From Daphnia carinata (taxonomy: Eukaryota): a DNA stretch of 64,000 bases. The stretch spans positions 4,774,001 to 4,838,000 of the forward strand of contig NC_081332.1 of assembly GCF_022539665.2 (NCBI RefSeq), in the 5' to 3' direction. Under the pieces are notes generated by a model. It worked only from the letters and a program-made list of their open reading frames with translations. It was not told the DNA's origin and searched no databases. How positions within the stretch are numbered: position 1 is the stretch's first letter; each line of letters opens with the position of its first letter. Below, piece after piece: positions 1 through 13,201 of this stretch. The position numbers and the translations under genes are program-made.

Positions 1-1626
1 TTTTAAAAACCGCTTGACATTGTTCTTTCCTGTCACATAATCTGTCCTCTTATCTGATACGAGTTTTGTTTTAGCTGCGCAGTGGCCTTTACTTAAAAAG
101 ACAATTCGTTTTTGTTTTTGTTTTTTGTTTTTTAAGTGGGGAAATGGTGGGAACTGAAAACCCTACGCTTCCCATCGCAAATGCGAGGGAAAAGAAAAAT
201 CGTTTGAATTTAAATTAGCACGAGAATCTTTCACGATCTCTCGGGAAAAATGCTTTGTCCCATAAAAAAAAAAAAAAAGGCAAAAATAAGTAAGGCCTGT
301 TTTTTTTTTTTTTTTTTTTTGTTACTATCCCTTCTATAGAGATGAGGGGGGGGGGGATTGACAAACGCTAAAGTTACAAGTCTCATTCGTTTTGATACGA
401 ATGATACGTATTGAACCTATCAAATGTAGTCGTTGCTATGACGACAGTACCTGGCACAGTCATCGCCACAATCGACCCAAGTGCCGCTTGTACAACTAGC
501 CCACCCCAAAAAGAAACAAAAAAAAAGGGACGCAATATTTTGTTACTCTCTCCTTCTTGTATCCGTATTCTTCTCTTTTTTTTTCCCCACGGAATGAAAC
601 AGAGCAAAAAAAAAAAAAAAAAAAGAGTCCGACAAACGAGAAATTGTAGTTTGCGTGAAAACTTTGATCGAACGATAAGCAAAGATAAGTCATTTGGACG
701 AAGGGAGGGGAAAGAAAAAAAAAAAACAATAGAGCGAGCCAAAACTTGTGATAGAAATGCGTTTCTTTCCAGTTCAACACACTTGCATGTGATATCATAA
801 AGCGCTTGCGTCGGGGGGTTTTACAATCGAAAACAGTCAACTTGTCCAGCGGCTTAGAAAGAAAAAAAGAAAAAATAGGGGGCGGCCAAGCAAAAGAAGA
901 AATAGCTCAGCAGAAACAACGAAAAATAAAATAAAATTATACAGCGCATACTGTGGTCCGGCTGTTTGGTGCTCTGTAGGCAGAGAGAGAAAGAGTGTCT
1001 ATAACTCGTTGGTTTGCGCGTGCGGGAGCCAGAGAAGTATTTTATTTTCTTTTCTTTTCAACTCATTGTCTGTGTCCGTCTGTTGTCCGCTCGGGCTGAT
1101 GTGCGTTCGGGGGTCTGCGGCAGATCGTAATATATATCAGCTGCCAACGCTGCTCCAACGGTCATCAGTCTTGCCCTTGGAGTTCTAGTCTGTACAACAG
1201 TCGCTTCTTTTTTTTTTTGTTTTCGCTGCCTCCCTTTTTTCTTTTTTTTTTTATCCCTTTTTCTTCGAACTTTATTGTGTTGTGTGATATTGGTGTTAAC
1301 ATCGTCGGACCCAATAACTTTTTTTGTTGTCGAACGAAAGGTAAAAAAAAAAAAAAAACGAAAAAATTCAAAAGGAGAGAAAAGGTTTTATTTTCTTTGA
1401 TTGCATTCGTTTCGATATGGACACAATGTGCCGTTTTGCGCGGTCGGTTGACTCTCTATACTTTTATCGCTTCTAATTTCTATTATTTTCCATTTGATTT
1501 TTAAAGCGTGAAGGAAAAAAAAAATAACTTTCTTTTTCGGACTGTGGAACTCTTTTTTTTTTTTGTTCATTTGAAATTGGGGAGAAACGAGACCTTGATA
1601 TTTGAGTTTGTTTGATATTTTAGGGT

Positions 1627-1663
<37 letters not shown>

Positions 1664-2049
1664 TTTCTTTCATTTTCTGTGGCTTTTCGTTGAGTCGATT
1701 GGAGCAGTGCGGTCATCGTCGTCTCTGGTCGCCAAGTATATATAGCCTTCATTATCTACCGAGTCCGCCCCATTGTCGGTAACTGTCAGAGACGGGCGAA
1801 AGGGGAGGGAGTGAGGCGCAGTAACAGCAAACACACACACACGAAACTTGTATAGAATTTTATACTTGGCCAAACTTTACCTACCGTATATAGAACGTAA
1901 CGGAGCCAACGAGCGGAAGTGGCCATTCTCGTGAGAAAGTCCTTTATTTATTGCACTTTGCCATTTTCTTTTTTTTCGTGGACGTCATCAATTTTTGTGC
2001 GGTTGACCTGAATTTCCCACCTGGCTGTGTGTACTCACATGCGACCACG

Positions 2050-2050
<1 letters not shown>

Positions 2051-2131
<81 letters not shown>
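2051..2131. repeat. (TG)n microsatellite followed by (TATG)n
   Basis: Directly visible; shorter (TG)n tracts at ~2725-2752 and ~10328-10355. Confidence 0.97.
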
Positions 2132-2133
<2 letters not shown>

Positions 2134-2722
2134 AGCGGCGTTTAATAAGGCGGTTGAGCTCGTATAAATAACCGCGATGATTCGGAAAAAAAAAAAAGAT
2201 CGGGCCAAGTTATTGGACATGATAATGTGACTAGCGAGTCGAATAGGTTTTAATCGTAATTGATGCAGAGAATCGAAAAGGTCGGCAGCCTCCCAGTTTT
2301 ACTGCCCTTGCTGCCGTACTGGAACAGAGAACTCGGAGGGGAAAACAAAAACAAAAACGAACGAAATTTGAATAACTAATAAACAATTTGGTCGTGTAGA
2401 GATGATTCTGGACAATAGAGAAGAGGGGGGCCAGACTCTCTATTCATTTTGGTTATTGAAAGAAAAAATGAATTCCTATCTAAACGACAGGCATGGACCG
2501 AACGGGAATTATGCATTACCGAAAGAAGACTAAAGTAGTCATCGACCGGGAGGGCGAGCGTAGAGTAAAGACATTATTATTATAGTGGGCGTGGCACTAA
2601 AACGAAATCAAGAAATGATGAAGTTAAAAAAAAAAAGTTCCTGATGTTTCAATCATCCTTCTTCTTCTTCTTCTCTATTGCGGGCTCATCCCATTTCTTC
2701 TCCTCCTCTACTTGCAATCTAC

Positions 2723-2762
<40 letters not shown>

Positions 2763-4983
2763 TAACACATAAACACAATCGTTTTTGATGGATGACTCGT
2801 GTACATCAAACTTAATCGCCGGTTGTTCGCTGTCCAGAACACATCATCGCATTTCCCATTCGATCCATTCATTTCTGTTTTTTTTTCCATTCTCCTCCCG
2901 AGTTTTCGGGCCGGTCTCGTGCTTCGCGGATGTTGTCTATATGCTAGTCTCCGTAATGACGAGTGACGTGGTGGGCGGTTCTCATCCGGGTCGCAATTGA
3001 TCGTCATCGTCTAACAAAATTCAATGACAACCTACACCAAACAATAGCGCAAAAAAAAAAAAAAAAAGAAACCCCTGTGTTCTTTTTATTTTTTTTTTTG
3101 CAACGTAAATGGGTGTCCCTTTTAAAATAGCTTTGTCTATACGATCGCCCATAGACATTGTATCGCATGACTGTGCATAATCAAAACTATTTGTTTATTT
3201 ATTCCATAGATTTTTTCTTTTTTGCTCTCTCCTCCCGCCCATAGGCCTGGCACTCAATTTTTTCTCCCCGTTATACCTTTTTTTTTTTTTTTTTTTTTTT
3301 TTTGAATATTTCTCTCGTCTTTTGCTGTTAGATCGTCAAAAATGTTTTTAAAGAGGGGGCCATATACGTAGCTAAAGTATAGCATTAAATGTCATAAGGC
3401 TGTCTACGTAATAATTTGACGTAATAACACGTCGTCACGCATCGACGACGGCAGCCAACTGGCGCCCCCCAGTTGAATGCCGTGCGTTCAAAAGCCGTGC
3501 TGCTTGCCCTACTTGTTTCTCTTCGGGTTTTTTTCTTTTTATGATTATTATTACGTACGATCTATATCTCGCCCGTTTCGGCTACTATTCACGCGGTCGC
3601 GTCGTGCTGCTGGCCTGTTATTTTGCAAATGAAATAATCTTCGCTTGTCGGGTTAAAGTCATTTTCATTTTTGAAATCCCCAAAGCGTCGTGTAAAGTTA
3701 TATGGGTATAAACCACGTAAGATGCATCATTACTCACATGCGTGGTGATTATTCAGCTGGCCATTATTTTATTTTCTCCCAGTATAACGACCGTGATGAG
3801 GAAAGTGGAACGTGCGATAGAAAACAACACTAACTTTGTGAAGGATTTAAAAAAAAACAAACAAAAAAACAAGAAGGAGCTAACAAACAGCGGCAAAAGC
3901 CCGTGATATCGATCAATTGCTTACATTATAGTTGGACGTATCGGTCACGAAGAGAGGCAACTTGATGTGTGCAGCTTACATTAATATGGATGAACAGTTG
4001 TTTTAGGTGACTCGTTCACAAGATATCGCTTATTTTTTTTTTTTTTCAGAAAACGAACGATGATATATAGAATGACAGGACGAACGCTGTTTTGCCGAAA
4101 CATTTTTGTTATTTTATTTTTATTTTTCGAGATTCGTAAACGCACGCGAGAGACTGGTGGACTTCATCGCATGATGAAGATCTCCACGATCCATCATCTG
4201 CGAGTTTTTCCAGTTCAGTAGAGAAGCAAACCCAAAAAAAAAAAAAACGGGGTGGCGGTCGTTTTTTTTTTTTTGTTTTTTTTAATTGATATTCACCATG
4301 AACGAAATCACCCGTGGTGATTAGATGCCTCCGGTAGGGCGTCTATAAGGATATTTTTTTGGCCTTTCACAATGTTGTTTGTTGTTTTATATATTTATAT
4401 ATTTTGCTTTACGCAACGTGCCAAGTCTTCTTTTGCCTATCAAGAGATGGCATCATAATTGGCTGGTCGTGATTTCAAGTTGTTATCCCGAAAAGAAACA
4501 ACAACAACAACAAAAAAAAAAAAAACGAGCCGTACTCGTTAGGCTGTCCGACGTGGAGGGCAGGACACACAGCCACTGATGGGCATATTGCCCGTCGTAA
4601 ATCATAACCATACTGGATAAATCGCGCGTGATCTAGCCCCCCTGATCTCACTTTGTTGTTGTACCTTATATAACCGCCAGAGATGAAATCATCGCTACAC
4701 ACACCGTCGTGTGTTGTTTTTAACGCGTGCAAAGTCGGTCAGCCGCAAGGCCGTCTTGCTCATAGCAAAAGATGCGTGCGTGTGTGCGCTTGCGTTGAGA
4801 GAGAGAGGGGGGGGGGAACAAAAAATGAAAATCACGAGGAAAAAAAAAAAAAAAGGTCGCATTGTTGCATTTCGAATGCAAATGAGTCATGTGGATTCAT
4901 CCATCAACCCGACAAAGGGGTCCCCAATTTTGGGCGTGTGTGTGTTGTGTAACACGGCAGAAACAAAACGGGCGACCCCAACG

Positions 4984-5019
<36 letters not shown>

Positions 5020-5368
5020 TTTTTTTTTTTTTTTTTTTTTTTTAGAATATAAAAAGAAATATAAATAATTAGATTTTTAAAAGTGTATTTTCTTACGTTT
5101 CATTTTGTTCTTTTCTTTTATTTTTACAGGAGCAGCATATGTGCAGTGGTGCGTTGAATAGTGGGAAGTTGGCGAGAGAAATAAAGACGGACGACGATCG
5201 AGTTCTGTCGAAGGACGAAAGGTGTCGCCGGCGGGTAAATTCCGACAGCTGTTGAACTCAATTTTTTCGCTCCCGAAAAAAAAAAAAAAAAAAAAAAACC
5301 CAACAACAACAAAAACACATACATCGGAACAAATTAGAAGATAAATCGGCGACGCTACGCAAAGCTTG

Positions 5369-5400
<32 letters not shown>

Positions 5401-5493
5401 AAAAAAAAAAAAAGAAGAAGAAAAGGGTTATTGCATATTTTAAAATAAATCTCGTTATCCCGCCAAAAAATTGCAAAAGAAGAAGAAAAAAAA

Positions 5494-8400
5494 ATGTCGT
5501 CTGGAAATAATCACGATAATGAAGAGCGTAGCGGCCGTCTGGCCGTGAAATCGCACCGACTGGACGGGTTGGACATTGAGCAGGACACGAAGACGGGAGC
5601 GGCTGGTGGGGCGTTCGATCCTGCGCAGTCGAACAACAATCGAACTGCTCCCGGCTTTGGCTGTCCCTTGAAGACGAGCGCTGCAGTGACGGAAGGAGTT
5701 GTTGTCAGAGTGGGCACCAGTTGTGCTCCTGCCGCCGGTGCTGCTGGTGTCAAAAGCGGGCCAGCGCCGGTCAGTTTGTCTCAAATTTTGCAGCGCACCG
5801 GCGCCAGCGGTAGTAGTCATCAACATTGTGGCAACGTCAGTGGTAGTGGTGGTCACAGTAGTCATAGCAGTGGCATCACCAACAGCAGCAGCAGCAGCAG
5901 CAGCACCAGTGGCAGTGGCGGTGGTGGTGGTGGTGGTGGCGGGGGCGGCGGAGGAGCACCTCCTGCAGTGGGAGTCAGCAGTCAGGCTCCGTGCGAACGG
6001 GCGGCAAGTCACCCGCCCGCTCACATTCCGTCCCATCACCACACGTCGTATTATCAGTACGGCATTAAAGGAGTCAGTCAGGCCCAGCCTGGCCACCACG
6101 GCTATCAACCCAATTTCACGTCGTCTATCGCCGGTGTCCGAATTATGGGCCACGGGGCGTCTTGCCTGACGGGCTCGGCCGCGCCCGCCTCCTCGTCGTC
6201 GACCAACAATTGCAGTGTCAGTTCCTTTACGCCACTTCAACGCAATCAGCCGGGCCAGCAGAAAGCACCGACGACGACGGCGGCCGCTTCGAGTTTGACA
6301 CCGTCTACGGTTACGACGACAACGACGGCCACGCCATTGTCCATCAACATGAGCAGTGCAGCTAATAATTCGAACGCTCACGCAGCGGCCAGCGCGGCGG
6401 CTGCCGCTAAAAACGTGCCCGAAGATTACCAATACCTGTGCAATTTGGTGCCGGAGCTCAAGACGGAGTTGAAGGAGCGCGAATCGAGGCTCGATCTCTA
6501 TCAGACGGAGACGCTGGAACTGAAGCGACGTTTGAAAAAAAGAGACGAGGAAATCGGGCGGCTTCAGCGAGAAATTCACAAGCTCAAGGTACGTTCATTT
6601 TGCGTCTCATTTATTTGAAACAACACCCAACAGGAAAATTGTTTATGATTTTCACCGACCTGATTGTGGTCGCACCGTGAAAACTAGGTCACTAGTAACA
6701 TACGCGTAGGCTCAAAGTCCTTTTCTTTCGTTTCATATCGGAATTTTTTTATTATTTTTTTTTTTTTTTTTTTTTTTTTTTCACGGTGCCATTTCGGTTA
6801 TCGTCATGTAATCGTTGCGGGTTTCCGGTCGATAACGTTTTCTTGAAGCGCACCTTTAAAAAAACAAACAAAAAAACTAGGGAAAGAAGAAAAAAAAAAC
6901 AAAGTTATAAATGGCAGACGGCTAAAAATCGTTTCGACTGTTGCCAAAACAGCTACAGCACTTAGTGTTTCCTCTCGTCTGCACGATTATTCATTTTTTA
7001 TTTTCTTGCCGGCTGATAGTTAAGTACTTGTTTCTTAAAAAGCGCTCAACTTTCTTGGTCGAAAGATAAAGCGAGCAAATAACACGGACAGGAAAGAGAT
7101 CGTCATCATCTAGCACGCGTCTGTTGCCTTTGCTTCTAGTCGCGTTTTATAGCGAAAAAAGGAGCGGGAAAATGGGGGCGTATCCGCCAACGTTTGAAAA
7201 ATGAACGACTGTCTATTCGCTCGAGTAATTTGGTATCTGTGAGTAATGGAAGGGCAAGCAGCTTTTTGACACCCGAACGTGAAACAAAGTCCTGCAAAAT
7301 TTTCTTTTTTTTTGTTCAGTCGGTCTATAGATCGTCTTTCAACAACAGGAGTCGAGAGGGAAAAATCATTTTTTATTTTTATTTTTTTAATGTCTGCAAC
7401 ATAACCCGGACCGAACATGTAGAGTTGATTGTGTATTTGTACTTTGACACGCCATCAGTCGACGTTACCCTTAAAAACAAAAGTTTAGCTGAATTTTTGT
7501 TTCTTGTCTCTAATGAAACGCATCCAAAGGGCGGCTCATCGCATCAATCAACTGAGCAATTTCTCGCAGACGGACGATTAAAAAAAAAAAAAAACTACAG
7601 CTCGCACACACATAGTCGTTTTGCATTTTTTTTATTCTTTCGATTGAATCATTTTCCCTTTTCTCCGCAGGGTTTTTTTTTTTGTTCTAGGGTAAACACA
7701 TTTTTTTAATGCTTACTCACACTTAGAAGAGTGAGCAGGAAAGCATAACAATTACGCACGCTCTACAAAACGTTTCAGACGACAATAAGAAATGGGAATT
7801 ATTTTTTTTGTGTGTGTGTTTTGTTTCTAATCCCCTAAAACAAAAAATGGATCTGATGACTTTTACTGGTTTCTCTCTCTCTCTCCCTTTTTTTAGCGCT
7901 ACCATCAAGTTTGATTATATGTTTAATGGTTCGTGGCGCAGAAGAGTCGCTCTACGCTTCGTTTGGCCACCAGTCGGCTACGATTTGCTGGCAAAAGAAA
8001 TTTTTTTTTTTTTTTTTTTTTTTAAGAACATAACACAACCAGAGCAAAGTGACGATAGAGAAGGAAATAGAGAGGAAGAAGAAGCACCCCAAAAAAAAAA
8101 AAAAAAATTCGGCAAGACCAGACGCACATCCGCTGTAGATTCATATTATTTTTTTTTTCCTCTCTCTCTTCGTTCTACATAACCTGTCAGAATAAAGCAA
8201 AGAGAAAAAAAAAATGGGGGGGAGGGGAGAGAACGACAGTTTGTTTAGATGAAAGACCTCGCATGTAAGCTCGAACGATATAGGATCTGCAGCATGCCGA
8301 CGAAAATGTCCTTGTCAAACTCGCTTGCCAAATGGGTTACGCTTGACTGGTGATCTCTAACAATAACAGCTCCCTAGCGACTCGTTCGCTCTTTTTTCGT

Positions 8401-9914
8401 TTTTCTTACGGGGTCTGTCATTCCGCGTAATCGTTTGCTGTTTTATTTAAAAAGTGTCATTAGGACCGAGACGCGAAAAAAAAAAAAAAAAAAAAATCAA
8501 GTTTGAGGGGTGAACGCACATGGAAAAAAGAAAGTGGAATCCAGGCCGAGTTCATTCGTCATTTACGCATGCGGATGGATGTGGGGTCTTTTTCTTTTTC
8601 TTTTCTTTTCTTTTTTTTTTGCTTGTGTTTGTTCATAGACTTGTAGTCTGCTTCAAATAATCCTCGTTCAACATTTGAACGGGTGACGCCGCACAAATAG
8701 ACTTCTTATATAATGGCTTTATTTGCTCGTCAATAATGAACGCTAGGATGAGTGCGGTTAACGTGCATCATTTGACGCTCCGAAACTCTCCGTACCGACG
8801 TTACCTCGAAAATCTTAACTGCTGCCATTAGCGGTTTTTTTTTTTTTTTTTTTTTTTAAATCATTTTTTAAAAGCAAAAAGCATAACTTCTTTTTTTCCG
8901 ATGCGCTCTTGAGGCAATTTCTGAGAATTTTATTTTTTACTTATCCCTACATTTAAAAAAAAAAGAAAAGAAAAAAGGACGCACGATGAAAGTATGAGAT
9001 AAGCCGAGAGAAATACTGCGCCCCGTGTTTCAATAGAATGATGTATAACTATGCAGATGGCTGTCATCACGGCCGTTTCAACATTTTGATGAATGTTTTG
9101 ATTGCAGCTCTTTCTTTCTTGTTTTCTCGTTTTCACGGTAGAGCGTTTTGCAAGCCACATCTCGGGGCCAACAGGATGGCAGCGAGTCGTCGCTGCAATC
9201 GGGAATCAGCGGTCTGGCAATAACGAATAACGGCCAACAGCCACCTTCATCGCTGCAATTGCCCGGCTTGTTTGCCAAACGTCAGGGTGTCTCGGGAGAG
9301 AGCTCCGACTTGCACAACCACCACAATAATCACCATGGACATCACGGCAACCATCACAACCGGTTGCCTCTCACGGCCAACAATCAGCAACAGCAAGCCG
9401 ACATTTCCCTCTTGGTCACCTCTCACGATAAAGATTTCCGGTATGTTTTCATTTCATATATATTTTTTTTTCTTCTCGGCTTCCATTATTTTCATTTTCT
9501 ATTAAAAAAAAAAAAAGAAAAGAAAAAAAAAAACAACAGAAGAATCACTTTTTCCCATCCGCCCGCGGTTTGAAATATCGTTGAAATTTTAAATGAGGGC
9601 ACATACGTTTTATCCGTGCGCGCGCAATGTTTGTTTTTATTGCGCCGATTGAATGAATTATTGATTTCACAATCTAAAGGGCAGGAACAAGGCAGCGGTG
9701 TTTTTTCTTTTCTTTTATTTATTTATTTCAAAAAGGGTCGAGAAGCCAACGTAGAATTTTTCAGCTGCCACTTAATTTTACATGTCAAACGATAAATGCG
9801 CAAGTTTGAGTCAACACAGAACGCCCGATTTAGTTATTGCCGAAACTGAGCGCCTTCTCCTTTTGCTCGATTTTTCTGCTTTAAAGCGTGTTAATATTGC
9901 AACGTCGTAAATTT

Positions 9915-9956
<42 letters not shown>

Positions 9957-10322
9957 GCGTCAATTTGTTTGTTTGTTTTGTTTTTTTCTCTTGTTGATTT
10001 ATGGCCAATTCGTCATCAGGTCAGTTTCCGTCGACATGATTAACCGCCAAGCGCTTGGTAATCGAATTTTTCATTGCCAGATCTCCCCGACATACACAAC
10101 TGCGTGTCCTATGTTTTATAGCCACCAGCTGACGAAGGTGAATAACGATTGCCAGTCACGCCTTTTACTTTTGCCTTATCAATATCACGTAAAAAAAAAA
10201 AAAAAAACGAAGTTTTTCACGTTGGTGCGAGAAACGAGCTGATGGCATGACTTTTCGAAAAGACATCGTGCCATTGCCGACAAATAACGTTGCTTTCCTC
10301 TATACGGACTGTTATTACGCGC

Positions 10323-10358
<36 letters not shown>

Positions 10359-13167
10359 CGTGCTGACTGGTAGTTTTGAATGACTGTAAACGAGAGAGAG
10401 TCCACCGTATCGAATATACAAGAGGTGCAATACAAGTTTGAGTAGGGCAACACCCGAAAATCGAGCGGGCAAAAAAAAAAAAAAAAAAAAACAAGAAAAA
10501 GAAAAATGATGTGCTGTTTTTTTATTTTGTTTACGTTAGTATTGCGTCCGCGTGTAGTGTCCCGCTAAAATTGAAAGACACGCCATTTCTGTGTGCGTTC
10601 CATCGATTTAATAATCCAAGTAGCGCACGATGCGCGTAGAGAAAAACGAAGCCGGAAAACAGGGCAATTGCGTAAGAACAATAATAAGAACGCTCGACTC
10701 TATACGGGGTATTAGGATTTTAGGTAAACATCAAACATAACTCGAACAATATGTTTGCCCTCTTGAAAAGGGACTCATGTCGGAGCATCGTTTCGTGTTT
10801 GTCGGTTTGCTATAGACGCCATTTCGGGGGGGGGAGGGGGAGGAAATAAAACATTTTAACTCCTTCTCCGCTATTACAAAGGGAATGTTTGAAGAAAAAA
10901 AACAGAGAAAAACGCAAGTAATGATAAAAGAATTCGAGACCAAATATGTCGAAATCTATTGAGAGCAAGTGTCTTGTTTGTGTTATCATTGACAGCATCG
11001 AAATAACGTTTTCAACTGCATTCGGAAATCTACTTAATAAAAAGTTTGCAGACAATATCAAAGCCACTAGATTTAGGATGTAGCCCATTTTATTCTTCTT
11101 TTGATTTTTTAATAAATAGGGGGAAACAACTTTTTGCGACGCGATCGATATTTACAAGGTCTATCTGTATATTCGCCCGCCTCTTCCGGTTTCTTTCCTA
11201 CTCAATGTCCGAATAGGAAAAGGACTTAACGTTTTTCTTTCATACATCTTCGATATCAAAGAGTCTTATGTCTAGCACAACTATATATCCACATCAAGTT
11301 TCTTGTTTGACGTTGGTGTATAAGAGCACTGCGCTGACTGGTTGAGTGTTGCGGCCCTTCCATCACGACCCGTTCGAGATTTATTTATTTGTTTTATATA
11401 TACAGTACATATATATATATTTTTGAGTCTCTTTTAAATTCATGAAATAGGTAGAAAATCAGCAATAAAAATGTTTCAACTGAAAAGCGATACTTAAAAC
11501 GCTGTGGATTCAGCCTTTTCCCGTCCGTATTGTAAATCTAAGAAATAACCGATAATTACGTGCTGTGTCGTACCTGTAACAATAACTGTTTGTCTTTTGC
11601 ATGTTGATTGAAAACGAACAGAGCCAAACAACTGATCAAGGATGCTGTTATGGAGAATGATTTCCTCAAAATCTGGACGCCAGTCAGGTCCGTGAAATCG
11701 TCGAATCCATGTACCCGCGTGAGTTTGAAAAGGGTAGCTACGTGATCCGCGAAGGAGATGCTGGTACGTCTTGGAATTTTCTTTTCTTCCCCCCTTTTTT
11801 TTTTTGTCTGTGATTTATTTGGATCCCCAGATCTAAACGACGTAAACATTTCGCGTCGCTTGCATTTTTTTTTTTGGGGGGGGGGGGGGGGATAGAACAA
11901 CTTGTGTATGCAGAAACTCACCACCAGACTTTGATTGATATTGAAAACATCTGAGAAAGGGGAGAGGCCATTTTGTGTTTCTTTTCGCGGAAGCGAAACG
12001 AGAAATAGATATTCATTTATTTTGTCGCTCTCGTTTGAAAATTTATTTTTTTTTTGGGGGGGGGGGGAGGGCTGTTTCTTTCTTTATTGTCCATTCGTGC
12101 TTACCGTTATATAATCAAGGGCTATACGGAATTTCATTTATCGCCGTTTGTTGGACAGGATCGCATTTGTACGTGTCGGCCGAAGGGGAGCTGGAAGTCA
12201 TTCAGGGTGACAGAGTGCTCGGCAGGATGGGCCCGGGTAAAGCGTTTGGTGAATTGGCCATCCTTTACAACTGTACGCGGACAGCATCCATCAAAGGTAC
12301 AGTGTTACGCGCCTCAATTCTCTTTACATAATTAATTTTACACACTATTTCGTTTTCTCTATCCGTACATTCACTATTTTCATCGTGATATTTGTTCAGT
12401 GCCAGTTAGCTCACAGTTTGCTTTGATGGCCTACTTTTTTTTTACGATTATTTTTCCTGTTTCTTTGTTATTTAAAGAAAAAAAAAGTTTACTTTAAGTT
12501 TAAACTTTTCTCTGCCATTCAACGCACAACTTATGGAGCTTAACTTCTCACGCTCATCTCTTTTCGTTTGATCGACCTCGGGCGTTTCAACTCGTTCGCC
12601 TTTTCAATTTCCCCGCATTTTTTTTTTTTTTTTGTTCACACTTTTGACGTAATAAAAGGTGGAAGGGAAAGAGGGAGAATAAAGGAACAAAAAAAAAAGG
12701 GTTCTTTAAAAAAAAAAATACGGCTGTATAAAGCAGATGGCGGTGCAGGATGTAATAAAAACGTCTCATCGCAAACCACGGCAAAACCGCCTTTAACTTT
12801 ATGTAATGGTAGGCTAAAGTCAGACGACGGCGTAAACAGAAAAGAAAGAGAAACATAAAATTAAAAGATATCTTTTTGTTTTGTTTTGGTTGTGTGTGTG
12901 TGTGTGTCTGTCCTCAAAGTGACATAAAATCTGCATCTTTTGGTCTCGCCGCAAGCTGCCACCGCGCGTCGCTGGCCATTTTCGTTCTTATCTAAATCGC
13001 GTTTGGACGTGTAATGTTCACCGTGTTCAACGTGAAATTGAAGATTTACATGGCATTTTCACTACGTTTTTCTTGCTGACACTGTTTAACACAAAACGCT
13101 TTGTACACATCGAGCGCTTGCCACGTCTTATCCTTGGTAAAAATGAGCAGTTCAGACATTGAATACG

Positions 13168-13201
<34 letters not shown>

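Noticed and set aside
383..5476. Many short ORFs rich in F/K or VC/HT runs
   Set aside because: Translations of homopolymers and microsatellites; no domain signal.
5455..6579. 374-aa antisense ORF
   Set aside because: Shadow of the GC-rich, low-complexity PKG first coding exon.
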